Below are positions 11,479-24,378 of a stretch of DNA of 64,000 bases, in pieces. Each line of letters begins with the position of its first letter. The stretch's first letter is position 1. The notes under the pieces were generated by a model. The model had not been told where the DNA came from, made no database searches, and saw nothing but the letters and a program-made list of their open reading frames with translations. The position numbers were made by a program, and so were the translations under genes. Location of the stretch: NCBI RefSeq assembly GCF_000372725.1, contig NW_005201392.1, forward strand, positions 925,620-989,619. The letters run 5' to 3'. The stretch is from Emiliania huxleyi CCMP1516 (Eukaryota).

Positions 11479-13791
11479 GTTCGGGCGCCTGTCCCCAGGT
11501 CTACACTCGTAAGAGTGTGATGTGCATCGAATAGGAATGTGCGGCGAAAGAAAGTTTCGGGAGAAAAGAATTTCATAAGGAGATTGCCAGATGAGAGTGG
11601 GGGGAGGACAGGCGAGCGACATTTGACGACGTCGGGGGTCACAATGATCAATGAAAGCGCAACACTCTTTCTTTGTAGAAACCACGACGCGATCTTTGTC
11701 AAGCGCAACCAACTTCAACCTGCTGCTCCACGAGACGTTCGGCGGCGGCTTCTCGCCCACCCCGTTCTCAAGCTGCGCCGCCTCGCGCGCAAAGTCGCGC
11801 GCGGCAGCGTTGACCGCACGGCCTACTCGCTCGCCCAAGTACTCGCTCTCTTTTATGTCCCACCAAGATGCAGAGCGCATCTCTCTCTCTGTTGTGCGAG
11901 GCGTGAACCGCGCCATTCGCTCTCACCTGGCAACCCTGTCTGCACGTCTCGCGCGCGCGTGAACAGGGCACAGCACAGGCGTACGTATTCTAGAGGGGGG
12001 AAAGAAACGGGGAGTGGGGGGCCCCGCCACGAGAAGTGCGTTTTGGGGATGCAGAGCGTGCAAGGCGGCTAGGGATGAAGCCGCAAAAGAGGCGCGCGAG
12101 GCAAGTAGGAGCGCCCGGCGTTTCTCACTTTCCGGGACAGCCCCTGACAGCCCCGCCCTTGCGAGGCAGGAAGGTGACGACTACCCGTACGCCCTGTTGC
12201 TCCTCGCCGACCGCCCATGCACCCGCCGTTCCCTTTCTCCAACCAAAGATGGTAAAAAATGGCCTTGTTGCCCGGGGAGAGGGGGGGGGGGCACGGGGGC
12301 ACGGGGGCACATTGTTATATGAGCGTCATCTTGTAGTGAACAGGCCGACATCGCGGTTTGAGCGCCCAGCGCAGGGGGGGTCCGGTCGGCGGCCGCGGAA
12401 GACCGCAGACCGGAGGGGGGGTCCGGGGTCGGTCGGAGGACGGAGCGCAGACCGAGGGGGGGGGGTCGGTCGGGTTGGCTCGAGGGACGAGGGTCACACC
12501 GCACATGCTCGCCGTAGCTGTGAATAAATTAGTATCTCTAAATCAGTAACCAGCCTCCGGCGGGGCCCCCCGCTACCATCCAAACCAGAGTACCGGTCAT
12601 AGATAGAGAGGCTCAAGTGTGACATAAGTGTCCACACACATACGACATACACAAAGCAACTCTCACGACACACGGGCACCGGGTGGAGCGGCGGCGGCGG
12701 CGGCAGCAGCACGCGCGGGCGGACGGATTCGGACGGGGCGGAGCAGCGACCGCCTGGGCGGCCGCTGCTCTGTCTGCGCAGCGCTGTCAGGTGCACAGGG
12801 AAGCGTGGCGGCGCGGGGACGCGCGGCGGCGGTGGCGAGCAGGCGAGCGGCCCGTGCGCGGCGAGGCGGACAGGTGATCGGCAGGCGGGTGATGGGCCGG
12901 AGAGTGACCGCGCCCAGCGATCGGAGGCGAGCCGATCGTCCGGGGTCGCTCGGCCGCAGCTGACCTCGAAGGCGTGCGGAGCGCGACTGTCTGTGTCGGG
13001 GGGCGGCCGTCATGTGGCGAGGAGGGAGGACGACAAGTGCGCGTCGTACGGGTCGCTCTTCATCGCCAGTCGAGCGGCACTCAAGTCGAGACCGAAGGAA
13101 AGCATGACGGGTTTGAGCCAGGCCCTTGGAACGCCCGTGAAATCTGCTTTGGCGCCAAAGCTTGTGACGAGGTTTGCCACGAAAAGCGTCCCCAGTGGAA
13201 AATGGGGGCTAACTGGGCGGCCAAATTCACACCTCGCGGGACTACTTATGTTTTCGTAAACGTAGTCGTGGCCCCCCGCTACGTCGCACGAGTGCAACCG
13301 GGTAGCGGGGGGCTATTAGTATCTCTAAAACTGAGTTGCTCATGAAGCGGCGTCCAGCACCCGGATCGATTGCCATTCGCTGTCGCTTGACCTTGAGCGA
13401 CTCGGAAGCCGATGAGCCGGCGGCGGCGATGTGTCGATCAAGTCTGGCAAGTCATCGTAGTCATTGGAAGGGACGATGCGCGCGTACTGTGGAGAACTGA
13501 GCGCTGCCAGAGCTTGTACAAAGCGACGGCAAGCAGGATCAGGCCTGCGACTGCGTGGATGCTCCACATATGTGTGTGGAGTCGGGCTCGCTCGGGCCTC
13601 GGCGAAAAAGTCTCCTTGGTGGCGCTTGGCTGCGTAACTAGTTTTCATGAAAAGTTAAACCGGCGAGTTCGAAGCGCCCGACGCCCGTGGCGGTTCGCGA
13701 GAAGGAGGGAGAGGGTTTGATTGAGGGGGCTCATGGCAACGTCGCAAGCAAGGACACCGACCAGGGGGGGGTCGGTCGTCACACCTCCCGC

Positions 13792-14662
13792 CTGAGGGAG
13801 GGTGTAGAGGATGTAGAGTGTAGAGCACTGTAGAGCTGTAGAGATGTAGAGCGCTGTAGAGCTGTAGAGCTCTACATCCGCCGCGTGACGAGGCGCCTGC
13901 GTTGTAGAGCGATGTAGAGGCGCTCTACAACGTGAAATCTCTACAACAAACTCTACATCATAAGCGGCGAACGAGGCACGGTCGCTCTCCGACATGAGGC
14001 GCGTTGCACTTGCCAGTGCTGCCCTGGCCTTCTGTCTGCCCGCCCAATGGGTGGCAGATGCCTCTGCTGCTGTGGCATGCCTCACGGCTGCGACTGGCCG
14101 GCGCCTCGGCGCGTCAGCTCGGCTCGGCGTAGCGATCGTGGCCAGCGCAACTCGCCTGGACTCAACGCTCAGCCAGGAGCTCCCGCACGCGCTGGCGCGA
14201 GTCATGGCGCAGATAAGGCGTCTGAATGCTCGCCTCGCCTCGCGCAAATGCGACCGTCCTCGCAGCCGACAGTCCACCGCCTGCTAAAGAAGCACAGCGA
14301 CGAATGCGGCACCGGCGACACATGGCAGGCTGGTCATGACGCAGTTATAGGGTGTTGTGTGCCGTCAGAGGGACTCTCTGTGTGTCAGGGATAGTCAGGG
14401 CTGTCCATCAGAGCTTCACTAAGCTCGGTAAAACCCCATTAGCGCGGCTCGACCTCTTTGAGTCACTGCCTTCCCGGCGGTTTGGCTGTAGAGCCTCTAC
14501 AACAAACTCTACAACAAAATCGCGCTCTACATCGCTCTACAACGCAGGCGCCTCGTCACGCGGCGGATGTAGAGCTCTACAGCTCTACAGCGCTCCAGAG
14601 CGCTCTACATCTCTACAGCTCTACAGCGCTCTACACTCTACATCCTCTACACCCTCCCTCAG
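13792..14662. mobile_element. Non-autonomous TIR element with long TGTAGAG-rich inverted repeats
   Basis: ~130-bp TIRs CTGAGGGAGGGTGTAGAGG.../...CCTCTACACCCTCCCTCAG; 8-bp TSD CCTCCCGC (13784-13791 and 14663-14670). Confidence 0.88.
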
Positions 14663-14911
14663 CCTCCCGCCCGCCGCCGAGCAAGCGAGAGAGAGAGCGA
14701 CCGACCGGAGGGGGGGTCCGGTCCACATCGGGGGCAGACCACCGACCGGGGGGGGGTCCCCACGAAGTAGGGGGGGGGTACAAAATGAAGCTCACATTAG
14801 CCATTTAGCCGGAGACTATAGTCGAGCGCGTCGGAGAGGTGTTTGAATGCAAAGAATGCAAGTTTTAGCTTTGCTTTGCTGTGGTGCTGTGGTCTCCATT
14901 GTCCATGCGCA

Positions 14912-16201
14912 ATGCTAGATGCGCGCGCCGACGCCATCGCTGTGCCGTCCTGGCGACGGCGGCTCGGCACCGGCCTCCTCTTCATCCTGGCGACGGCGGT
15001 CCTGGTCGCCCTCGTGCCGTCCGACGGGCTCACGCACGACGCCACCGGCGGCAGACGCCTTTCGTCCTCGCCGCCTTTTGCCTCTTCGGCGCCGCGGCAT
15101 GTCCACCCTTGGGCACAAAGGCTGCACACGCACGCCGCCGAACCTCGCAGCACCGTCGCTCGTGAAGCCGCTGCCCGCGCAGCCGCTACCCCTGTCGAGG
15201 ACGCGCCCCTCGTCGGCACATGCAGCCAGCCGCGCAACATCTTCATCGACGCCGGCGTCAACTGGTGCAATACGATCCGCTTATTCGAGGATATCGAATA
15301 CGGCAAGAACGCGACGTTCGCGACCGCGCTACCCGCGCCGTACGACGTCTACGGCCTCGAAGCCTCTCCGCTCATTCAGCCCTTCGCAGAGCAATATTTC
15401 AGATGGCTCAACGGGCTGCTTGACGACGAGCCAGAGACGTGTCTGCCGCGCTCGGGCTCGACTGCGCACCTCAAGAAGTACTCGAGCGTGTACGGCTGCC
15501 TCCACGCCGATGCCAACAGGATGCGCCAGTGCATGTGGCAGAAGCTCACCAAGCATCTCAACGCTCTCAGGCCTGACCCAAGGCTCAACTCGTCGACGCT
15601 CATTGCGGAGCGACTTGACGGCGCGCGGCAGCAGTGCGGCCCGCCGCCGCAGAACCGCTTCACGTTCCTCCCGGCGGCAGCTGGCCACAGCGGCGACAAC
15701 GCGTGGCTCGAATTCTACGGCCCGCCGCAGCAGCTCGTGCGCGGCGGCAGCATACCCAAGCAATTCGCGCCGCCCTCCTTGAAGGACGGGAGGTACGACT
15801 TTCGCGTAAGGGTCGTCAACCTGCCTTTATGGCTTGCGGCGTCCTTCACGACCTCTGACCACGTGGTGCTGAAGATGGACGTGGAGGGCTCGGAGCATGG
15901 CATCCTTGAGGAAATGGTGGTTCGCGGTATCATGGGCCTCATCGACGTGCTCTCGCTCGAGTGCCACGGTTCTGGTGGTAACTGCGAGAACCTCCTAGCT
16001 CGCGTAAGGCAAGCGCATCCGCGCATCAGGCTGCTTAAGGAGGGGTGGGATCACTCGGGTTATGATTCTCACTCAACGCTCAATAGCGATGAGCAGGCGG
16101 CGGTCGCAAAGGCGTGCGAGGCATTCGATCCAGCGCGCTTTACGCTGTCGCACCGCCCTACTGGACCGGCGACCACCCCTGGCCCTGCCGCGCTGCCCTA
16201 G
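14912..16201 (+). CDS. FkbM-like SAM-dependent methyltransferase with N-terminal membrane anchor
   Basis: NIFIDAGVN, VYGLEASP, VVLKMDVEGSE, LSLECH; hydrophobic LLFILATAVLVALV; intronless ORF. Confidence 0.8.
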   Translation: MLDARADAIAVPSWRRRLGTGLLFILATAVLVALVPSDGLTHDATGGRRLSSSPPFASSAPRHVHPWAQRLHTHAAEPRSTVAREAAARAAATPVEDAPLVGTCSQPRNIFIDAGVNWCNTIRLFEDIEYGKNATFATALPAPYDVYGLEASPLIQPFAEQYFRWLNGLLDDEPETCLPRSGSTAHLKKYSSVYGCLHADANRMRQCMWQKLTKHLNALRPDPRLNSSTLIAERLDGARQQCGPPPQNRFTFLPAAAGHSGDNAWLEFYGPPQQLVRGGSIPKQFAPPSLKDGRYDFRVRVVNLPLWLAASFTTSDHVVLKMDVEGSEHGILEEMVVRGIMGLIDVLSLECHGSGGNCENLLARVRQAHPRIRLLKEGWDHSGYDSHSTLNSDEQAAVAKACEAFDPARFTLSHRPTGPATTPGPAALP

Positions 16202-16543
16202 CTCGTGCGCCAGTGCGGGCGAGCTTTTGTTAAGAGCCCCCAGCAAAAGTCATCAGGTACATTTTTGTATCTGCAATCTGGTAAAATCCTAAAAATGTAT
16301 CTGAATTGACTTTTTCTTTTATCTGAGAACGCTGAGTTGACTTTTCCTATTTCAAGCTGCGTCTGAGTCCACGGTCAGGCTCAGGGTGCCAGCCCCGGGC
16401 CCCCACCGTGTAAACCGTAAACGGACCTGCACCTGACACAGTACGCTCGGAGAACCCGTGTACTAAACAGTACGTTCCTGGGGGCTGCGCGTACAAGCCC
16501 AAACCTCAACTGCTCAGCATGCCAGAGGAGCGGCGGCTGTCAG

Positions 16544-19500
16544 TCACTGTCGCACAAATCCACGACGGCGGGCTCGGCGCGCGGCCTCTTCCCAGGCGGG
16601 CCGTCGCCAGGCGAGTCCACCCTCGTCCGATGGCGGTTCGTGCTGGGGCTGCTGCGCAGTCCGGGCTGCGCGACGGCAGGCTCGACCGCAGACGGTGAGC
16701 TGCCAGCAGCGCTCGCTGCCGACGGCGCGGCAGCCGACGGCGCGGCAGCCGATGGCGCCGCCGCCCGCAAGCAGCGCAGCAGCACGGCCCCCACTCGCCG
16801 CCGCGGCGGTGCGCCGGCGGCGGCGCGAGCATGGTGCGCAGCGGCGGAAAGCGCGATGTAGGCGCGGAGAGCAGGAATCCGCGTCTCCGCGGCCGACGAG
16901 AAGACGCGCGCCTCGCCGTCGCCCGGCCGCACGCCCTCCAAGACCAGCGCGTCGCGGGAGGAGACCGGGAAGACCTAGCGGAGGCGGCGCCACAGCTGTC
17001 ACGCATCTGGCGCAGATAGCCGCGGATGCCACGAAGCGACGGTGCCGGGAGCTCGAAGCGGAGCCCCTCGTGGCCGAGGCAACCTCGCTCCCTCCAGCCC
17101 GAGAACAGGGGGCTCCGGCTGGCCGGCAGCAGGTGCGGCGGGCAGCCCTCATGGAACCTGCGCCGAGCGCGAAGCGCGTGTGAGAGGCGGGTGCGTGTCG
17201 TGGTTCGCAGCTCTCGCAGCTTCGTAGCACCAATGCGTGAGCGTGTGGGCGGTGAAGGCGTTTCGAGCGGCCGCGCAAGCGGCTGCCGACGTGCCAGCAC
17301 TCAGACCCAGATTCTCGGACACCTCCGACGGCGTGAGCAAATCCGCCTATGGGGACATGTCTCGGACATGTCTTGGACATCATGTCGTGGACTCATGGAC
17401 ATCATGTCCGACGGCGTGCGCAGGCGAGCCTTGGAGGCGATGAAGGCGAGATCGCCGAGGTAGCCAGAGTCCAGCAGCTCTCTCCGCAGCGGCAGCGGGA
17501 GGAGTGACTTGGCGCCTTTGTCGTTGGCGGCGCGGTTGATCGACGAGACCAAAAGCAGACTGTCCGCGGCCTCCAAAACACGCTCGAGGACGCCGCTGCG
17601 GGAGGCGCTCTCGTCGGCGAGTCCAGGCACGTCCCGCAGAAGCACGCCGCCGGCGGTGACCGCAAAGGGGCCGCGGAGGTGGACTCGGGCGACGAGCGGC
17701 CAGAGGTGCCTGGGAGACAAGTCTCCGGAGTCGTCCGAGGCGGAGGCGGAGGCGTCGACAAACGGCGCGACGAGATCCGCGAGGTCGGCGTCACCGCCCG
17801 CAGAGAGCTGCCGACTCGTGCCAAGCAGCTCGGCCACGTCCAAGCGAGCGAGCAGCGTGGTGGCGTCAGCGAGCGGAGAGCCGTACACAGCCGTGGCCCT
17901 CTCCCAGGACGCTTCAGCAGCGGCACTGCTGTCGCCGCCCGCCCTCGCATGCGCCTCGGCGGCGGTCACGGTCTCGCGCCACGCCTAATGGGACGTGTCT
18001 CGGACATGTCGTGGACACGTCGTGGACACCTCCGCCGACGGCGGCGACACCTCCTCCGCCACGAACTCGACCGTGGCGCTCCACACCTCGCCCCAGCTCG
18101 CGTCGATGACGGTGGCGGTGCACGCGGCGCAGCAGCTGGTCGGGAGTATCTCGTAGCCAAGCAGCGCGTTGAGCAGCGTGCTCTTGCCAGCGCCGGTGTC
18201 TCCGGCGACGATGACGTGGAACGGCGGCGCATCGGCGGGCGGCGGCGCAAGCAGCGCGAACGACTCGGGCTCGGGCGCTGCGACGGCGCCTCCTCCGCCG
18301 GCGAGGAGGCGGAGGCGGGTCTGAACGGCGCGAAGCCGCAGCTGCACCTCGCCGGGCGGGGCGCGGGGCAGGTTGTCTGGTAGGAGAACGGCTCGCAGCT
18401 CGGCCAAACTCATCGAGGTGGCGATCTCCAGCTCGGAGACCTCGGCCTGGTTCACATGTCATGTCGACGCGTGAAGAGACGCGGTTCTCACTCGAGCGGG
18501 CAAGCCTCGGAGGTCCCGGGCCTGCCGCATCGCGGCCTCCACCGCCGCCCTGGCCGCCGCAGGGAAATGAGACGCGACCCACCGGACGAGCGCCTCGCCG
18601 CTCAGAGCCGGCGCGCCGGCTGCGGGGGCCGAGGCAGAGGAGGAGACAGAGGCGGCCGCCTCCGCCGCAGCCTCCCTGGGTGTCAGCGGGTCCCGCTCGC
18701 CGCCCGCCGCCTCCAGCGCCGCGCTCAGCTCCTCCGCCGCCTCCTTGCCGCCCTGCTGCGCCGACAACAGCGCGCGCAGGAGCCTCTCGTACTTGAGCAA
18801 GTCGGCCGGCGGCGGCCTCTGGCGGCGCAACGCCTATGGGACAACATGTCTCGGACATGTCGTGGACATGTCGTGGACACCTCAGCCTCTGGCGGCGCGA
18901 CGCCTCGACTCCCTCCCAGATCTCCTCGAGAGCGGCAAGCTCCTAAACGGTCAGGTGCAGGGCGGCGAGGTCAGGTAGGGGTCCACAAGCTGGTGAGGGG
19001 GGGGGGGGGCAACCCTCGCCTTTCCGTGCTCGTCGTACAGCGCGCGACTCGCCTCCTCCTCCCTCAGCTCGGCCGCGCTCGCCTGGCGGGAATGGGAAGG
19101 GACCCGGGACGAGTGATCGACTCAAGCCCGATGCGAGTGTCTCGACCAGCCCGGGTGCTCGCCTGCCCAGCTGCCGACTTCATGACCTCGAGCTCGCCTA
19201 TGAATGAATAGTTCAGCCTTAGGCATTAGTTCTCAATGACTACTCTGCACGTCCTCGAGCTCGCCGCGGTGCGTGGCTGTCCGGCTCGACAGCACCTTGA
19301 CCGAGAGCAAACCTTCGAGCCCCTTGGCTGCCGCCGCAACGGCGAGGGAGGTGTGTCCGCCGTGAGTGAAGGCCGGCCCGCCGAAGACCTGCGCATGACG
19401 TCTCATATGAGTTCACCTAGGAAGCTCATTTCGCCTACCACTAAAGGAGCACCTCCCGCTGGACGTCGCCCGATCGCTGGTCAAGAAACCGCTGCACGCG

Positions 19501-22500
19501 GTGGCAGTCGCGGCAGACGCTCCGAAGAGGCTCTGGAGGGGCGCCGACGCTGCCTGCAAAGGCACTGCGCCGCTCGTCGCCGCGGTCGCAGACCAAGCGC
19601 GCGTTCACAGACCAGTCCTTGAGCGGCGGCGGCCTCGCTCTCAGGGTGCTGCGCTTGGCGTCCAGCGCCGCCGAGAGAAGCTTGCGGAAGGCCGACTGCT
19701 GCCGGTCGGTCTCGTCGATGGCCTCGTGCAGCTTGAGCACCGAAGAGACGAGCACCTGTGTGGCGTCAGCCGCACTCTTTGCGAAGGCGACAGGGCGAGG
19801 AGGGCGAGGCGGCCGGGCCGTCATCACCTCGGTCGACCAAGCGCCAGACACGTTCTCGACGATCGCAGCCGCGACCCGGTCGCGGCAGGTGGAGAGGCCG
19901 TGAGTGCCGAACCTCCCCGCCGCGACGTACCCCAGCACCAGCGCCTCCTGCAGCTCCTAGGATAACGCAGACGCAGCGCTAGCGAATAGCGTCGGAAGTG
20001 GAGTCTCTACCTATGAGCGGCCCCCGAGATGCCTTTGCGCCAGCGCCGAGCAGCAGCCTCCCGATCGATGAGCGATGTACCGTTGCAGGCGCCTCGGTGA
20101 CAGGATGGCGGATGGCGCCGAGAAGCAGTGCCAGCCACTCGCCGCTGCACGCCACCGCCGCCGCGTGCGCCTCGTCCGCCAAAAGCACCGTGATGGCCCT
20201 CAGCAAAGGTGCGCTGCATGGGAGAGAGGACTGCAGCGAGGGCAAACACCGCTCCGCCAAACCCATGACGAGGAGGAGTCCGGCGGTCTCGACGAAGCGA
20301 GGCGACGCAACCGAAAGGATCGGAGCATCTGCTCCCTCCGCCGCCCCCTCCGCCAACCGTGCGCAGAGCTGCCGCACTGACGAGTCCGCAAGGCTATTCC
20401 ACGCCTCACTGTCGGGCGGCAGGTCCGTGCGCAAGCTCACAAGCGCTCTCAGGAAGGGAAGAGAAGCCGCAGGAAACCGCTGCTCGTTGTGCAGGATGGC
20501 GCGGGTGGCGATGCCACGCCGGTGCTGCAGGCCGCCTTCGGCCGCTGCGACCTCGATCGGTGCGAGAGTCCTCACAGAAGCCCGCAATGTTCGAGCCAGA
20601 GCGTTCTCTCCCCCTCCTCGAGACTGGACACTGGCCGCCGGCAAGCGAAGCCGTGGCTCAAGCTCCACGGCGAGGTTGACGCAGTGGCTGTCCGAACCCT
20701 CCTCCTCCACCTCGTCTCGCAACATGAGCAGCAGCTCCCACCCGCTCGCGTGCAAAGCCTCCAAGCCGCTTTCCGCCATTGCCTCGCAGAAGCACGCCCG
20801 AATCGATGCCTTCAGCGCCGGCCAGCCGTGGAGGCGAATAGCGTCCGCGAGATGACGTGACACGTGCAAGGCACCCAAGCCACAAGGTGAGACTGCCAGG
20901 CATTTTGCTGCTGTCTCCACGACCCTGCTGCAATCACAAGCGGAGACGCCGGGCCGGGCAGCAAGCTCGAGCAGCTCGAGCGACGGATCGAGCCGAGCCG
21001 TGCAAACTTTCAGCAGGGAAGACACGTCCTTGCTCCCGGCGAGCGACGCCTCGCTGGGCGCGCGGCCGGCTTCGACCTCGTCGAGCGCAGCGCGGAGCCG
21101 CGAGATCGCAAACTCAGGCGGCAGCACGCCCAGCCTTGACGCGCGGGGCCACAGCACGAGAGCTTCTCGAGAGAAGCGCTCCACGAACGGCTCGGTCTGG
21201 GGCCAGACCATGCCGCCGCCCTCCGTGGCGTCCGGCTTCTCGCCCTCCCAGTAATCGGCCTATTTCACCCACGAACTCTATCAGTCCGTTCTCGCCCTCG
21301 CGTTCATGAGCTGAATACCAATCAAATCTCGTGCTAGACGAGCGCCTGAGCATACTCCGTGCCGTCGAGCGAGAGCAAAGCGCAATGCTGCGGAGTCACA
21401 CCAGCCGCGGCGAGGCGATGCGGAACCTCGTGCCAAACGACGCTCAGGTCGATCTTGAAGGGCGGCCCATGGCTGTTCAGCCGAGTCACGGCGCGCGTCA
21501 GAGTCGCCAGCAGCACGTCAAAACCCGCCTCGTGCAGAGCAGCGGAGAGCGCGGCCCCGTCACCCTTCAGCGAAGCCAGACTCGTCGCCGCGGCGCCGGC
21601 GGCGTCGCGGGGGAGAAAGTAAACGAGCTTGGAGGGAGGCGCGACGCCGCTGCCGCTGCTTGGCTGCGCGGTGCTGCTGCCTTCGCTGCTGCCGCCTCGC
21701 CGCGACGCCTCCCAAACGGTGGCCAAACGCGCGAGCCGCTCTGACGCCGAAGACTGCGACGGAGGGAGGGGCACCGTGCCGTCCGTTCGTAGGTCGTAGA
21801 TCAAGCTCAATCGGTGGCCTTGGGCGGGTGGATGTCGCGCGCTCTCGCAGCGTGCGTAGAAGGCCTAGTAAGCCAAGCTGATTGTGGGACAGTAGTTGAT
21901 CAGTCGCCTCACCGGAGCGGGAGAACTCGGCCTCGACGCGCGAGCACCGCGCCGCAACCGCCGGCTCCGCCTCTTCAAGCAAACACTGGTGCCGGCGGCT
22001 GCGGACAACCAACGCGCCCCCCGAGCGAACCGACGGCAACGCGACCTCCAGCTGCGCAAAAACGCCCTCACGCAAGTCTGTCGCGGCCGAAGACGACGGC
22101 GGTGCGCTACCAGCCGAGCAGAGCCGCAACCCTCGCAGGACAGAGCTGACCTCCGTCGTCTTGTCGACACCGAGCGCCCTCAGCGCCTTGCGCACAGCCG
22201 GCCGGAGAGACTCCTCCCACTCTTTGATCGCCCCCAGCTCCAGCCTCTCAGCCCTGACCCAGACGCCGCAGCCGTCCGAAGCTGGCTCGCCCAGCGACCG
22301 GAGCGCCTGCGCGTGCGCCTCTGGCAGCGGGAAAGCGACCGGCTCCGCCATGCCCTCCGCCCGCAGCAGCGGCGGCACAAAGTCCACCGACGCCGCGTGC
22401 GCGAGAGTGCCTATAGCAACGTTCCTAGAGGGCTCCCACATAAGGCTCGTAAGTCGAACGACGCCGCGGTGGCAAGCGGACCAGACGGCTTGAGGCTGGC

Positions 22501-24378
22501 AACCACCCGCAATAGGCGCCTGCGCACGTCTGCCTCCCCGCCCTCCTCGTCGTCGCTGCCACCAGCCGGCGGGAGGGCGGGCAACGCCGCCGCGAATGCC
22601 GCGGCGTCAGGCGCGGGCTGCGGCGCAGGCGGCGGAGCGGCTGCCGCCCCAGCATCCAGCGCCGAGCCGTACAGCCGCGCCAGCTCCTCGTCCCCTCGGA
22701 CTGCGGCGGCGATGTGCCTCGAGAGCAGAAGCACGCGCGGCGAGCACAGCTCCGCCTCCGCCGCAGGCCGGTAGAGCACTCCTGTGGGGCATGTCATGGA
22801 GCAGTGCATGGTCATGGACGTGCCATGGACACCTCCGCCGCTGGCTGGTAGAGCTCTCCTCCCGGCGGCTGCGGCGACGCCTCTTCGTACGCTTCTCTGC
22901 CGGCGAGGTCGAGAAGCTCCTCGAGCAAGTACCTAATTATGAGTGCGTCGTCAATGACTACTCAGGCGCTGTCGGCGAGGCGAAGAGCTCCTCCGTCGAG
23001 AGACTTTGCGACGGCGGCGGCGCCGGCGGCGGCCGAGGTGTCAGGGCCACCCGGCAAGCCAGAGAGGGCGGCGAGGAGGAAGGGGGCGGGCGGAGGGGCG
23101 GCGGGAGGGGGTTGCGACGGCCGCGGCGGCGGCGGCGGCTGCATCTTTGGCGACTTGACGTCAGAGCCGCCCTCGCCTGTTCTCAATTCATACCAGCAAT
23201 TTGCTAATTCATCAGACTTGGCGGCACGCCGTCTGAGCCGCCCTCGCCGCCCCTCGCTTCGCCGCCTTCGCCCCCTCCCTCCCTTCCTCTCACCGCCAAA
23301 TCAAACTCATCCAGGCACATGTCGCGGAGGTCCCCGCTCGGTAGCACCGCACCCACTGCACTCCGCACCGCACCGCTGCCTCCTCGCCCCCCGCCGCCGG
23401 CCTTCGCCGCCACCGCCTCCAGGGTGGATCGGACCAGTCGCCAGCACCGCAGGGCCGAGCCGGAAGGAATGCGGAGGGGGGCGGAGCGAGCCCCGTCTGG
23501 GTGAGCGCGGGCGAGCAGCTCGCGCACGCCTGGAGAATTCTCCAGGATGAATCAATCGATGACTTCATTCGGCTTGGCTGTAGCAGCAGCTCCCGCACGC
23601 CTTCCGCCGCGAGGTCGTCAGCACCAGCCTGGCTTGCACCCGCCTCCGGGGCGGCGGAGGACGACCCGCCCGCCTCCTCACCTGTCTGCGGCTGCACTGC
23701 CGGCGCCGCTGCTGGGTGCGGCTCCACCGCTCCAATATTGCTCTGCGGGTGCGGCTCCACGGCTGAAACCCCGGCTGCTGGGTGCGGCTCCACTGCTCCC
23801 GCCTGCGCAGCCGGGGCGGAGGGCGGCTCTGGTGGAGGAGGAGGCGGCGGCTGGCTGTCCTCGAAGATGAAGCTGTCGTGGCCCGCGCGATCGCCTGGCG
23901 GCTCCACCTCCATCTCGTCCTCCTCGCCCAGCGAAGCCTCCTCCTCGCCCGCCTCGACGGAAGAGGCGGCGGCAGAGGCGGAGGCGGTGGAGGCGGCGGG
24001 GTCGGCAACGGCTCGGAGGACGTAGCGAAGGTCGTTAGCGGCCGACCGTGGCTGGCTGGCCGGCTGCCCAAAGGTCACCACGCCGCCTTCTCCCACCACG
24101 GCGCTCGCCGCCGCTTCCGCCGTCGAGAGGAGGAGAGTGGCTGAGGCGCCGTGCTGCACTCGGCAGCCGTTCTTGCGCGAGACGTCCTCGATGCGTACGC
24201 TCCTGCCGTCCTCGGAGACGTGGATGACGGCGTGTCGCCGCGAGATGTGCCCAGCGCTGAGCGAGATGGTTTGTGAGTCGTCGCGGCCGACGGTGAGCTT
24301 CGCGCCCGGTGCGAGCGCAATTCGCGAGGGCCGGCCGGCGCGTGCGCCATTCACCGTGCTCACAAGAGCGAGCTCCAT
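16544..24378 (-). CDS. Large multi-exon protein: FHA + degenerate 2OG-Fe(II) oxygenase-like domain + helical region + SLIP-GC/dynamin-like GTPase
   Basis: FHA: VGR...ISRRHA...EDVSRKNG; oxygenase-like: GVFAQLEVALPSVRSGGALVV, AFY...GHRLSLIYDL; GTPase: GDTGAGKSTLLNALLG, LPTS...CTA, WPLV, DVPG, SKAD; exons join through short introns. Confidence 0.65.

Noticed and set aside
11640..11916. Protein-like minus-strand ORF running into the first kinesin exon
   Set aside because: No recognisable motif; cannot distinguish a gene fragment from chance.
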